Source: a virus (taxonomy: Duplodnaviria > Caudoviricetes). From it: 64,000 nt of DNA. Location: IMG/VR virus record IMGVR_UViG_3300047160_036266, positions 279,422-343,421 of that record; one strand, 5' to 3'. The position numbers and the translations under genes were made by a program. The notes under the pieces were generated by a model that was not told the origin of the DNA, ran no database searches, and was given only the letters and a program-made list of their open reading frames with translations. This document shows positions 63,320-64,000 of the stretch, piece after piece; within the stretch, counting starts at the first letter, position 1, and the number at the start of each line of letters is the position of its first letter.

Positions 63320-63765
63320 TGATTCTGGTGGGCTTGGTGGCGGCGTTATTTTTCGGCACCCTGGTCGAATACCTGCTGCACCGGGCGATGCACGAGTGGG
63401 GCTTCTTCACGGCTCGCCACTGGTATCACCATAAAGTGAACCACGCCCACGACTGGTTGTGGGATGCCTTCTGTTATTACTTGCCGTTGTCCACGCCGCT
63501 GTTGTTGATCGGACTCTTGGGCGGTTTCTATTTCTTCGTGGGCTGGTGTGTGGGCGACTTGGTATTTTGCTTTATCCTGTCGGCCTGCCATTACATTCAG
63601 CACCACCACCCCCGGAAGGTCTTCTGGATGCGTTACCCGATTCACAAGCTGCACCACCGCTGTCGCAAGGCCGACAGGTGTTATAATTACGGTATCGTGA
63701 CGTGCTGGTGGGACCATGTGTTTGGAACGTATCATGTACCCAAGGTGACAAATGCCCGGCAGTGA
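63316..63765 (+). CDS. Sterol desaturase / fatty-acid hydroxylase family protein
   Basis: His boxes EYLLHRAMH, HWYHH, HYIQHH and HKLHH; YNYG...WWDHVFGT. Confidence 0.85.
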   Translation: MMILVGLVAALFFGTLVEYLLHRAMHEWGFFTARHWYHHKVNHAHDWLWDAFCYYLPLSTPLLLIGLLGGFYFFVGWCVGDLVFCFILSACHYIQHHHPRKVFWMRYPIHKLHHRCRKADRCYNYGIVTCWWDHVFGTYHVPKVTNARQ

Positions 63766-64000
63766 CGACAAGCGCTTCTACCGTGACCTGAAGCGCAAAA
63801 TTAAGAAGGCCGGCAACAAGAAGCGCCGGCGCTTGGAGAAGCAGGAACTTGCCGACAACCCCGGCGAGGCCCACTGGACGGAGTACGAATATGGCCGCAA
63901 CTCCAGCGAGTGGCTGAACGGCATGGACGAGGACAAGACCCGTGAATCCAAGGATAATCGCCGCCGTCATACTGATCGTGGCGACACTGATAGTGCTTAG
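63752..64000 (+). CDS. Basic hypothetical protein (82 aa)
   Basis: Lys/Arg-rich ORF ending at the window edge. Confidence 0.6.
   Translation: MPGSDDKRFYRDLKRKIKKAGNKKRRRLEKQELADNPGEAHWTEYEYGRNSSEWLNGMDEDKTRESKDNRRRHTDRGDTDSA

Noticed and set aside
1-64000. Genome-wide stop-codon reassignment
   Set aside because: TGA, TAG and TAA all end well-supported genes, often in ATGA/TAATG couplings, and long genes are intact in code 11; only one isolated in-frame TGA was seen

Overview
This is a 64-kb piece of a large, T4-like contractile-tailed (jumbo-type) phage genome, probably infecting a planctomycete (inference from a planctomycete-like ClpC N-domain and a TIGR03067-like lipoprotein). 1-43.4 kb is a mostly minus-strand late/virion region. 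It holds the start of an actin-like ATPase, several glycosyltransferase-like genes, three paralogous PKD-domain proteins (one with about 60 Pro/Thr/Ser-rich 11-aa repeats), a SET-domain gene, a near-complete baseplate module (collar fibre, P2-I-like, gp6, gp25, gp5/VgrG, hub, gp53, tube initiator), a 4154-aa tape measure and a gp2-like DNA end protector. 43.4-49.3 kb holds pyrD, an FkbM-type methyltransferase, a CCA-adding-like nucleotidyltransferase with altered catalytic motifs and an SF1 helicase. 49.3-50.3 kb has no credible gene but has a promoter, an rRNA-operon-type boxB/boxA leader, many GNRA hairpins and a strong terminator. This candidate ~900-nt structured non-coding RNA is the top finding. 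50.3-64 kb is a dense plus-strand run of accessory genes (RNA ligase, PARG-like macrodomain, RNA-repair HAD, YqeY, stand-alone Clp N-domain, plant-type O-glycosyltransferase-like, His-phosphatase, ClpP, sterol desaturase-like). No capsid, large terminase, sheath, tube, tRNA, CRISPR array, integrase or transposase was recognised. All product calls come from recognising motifs by eye; no searches or folding programs were run.
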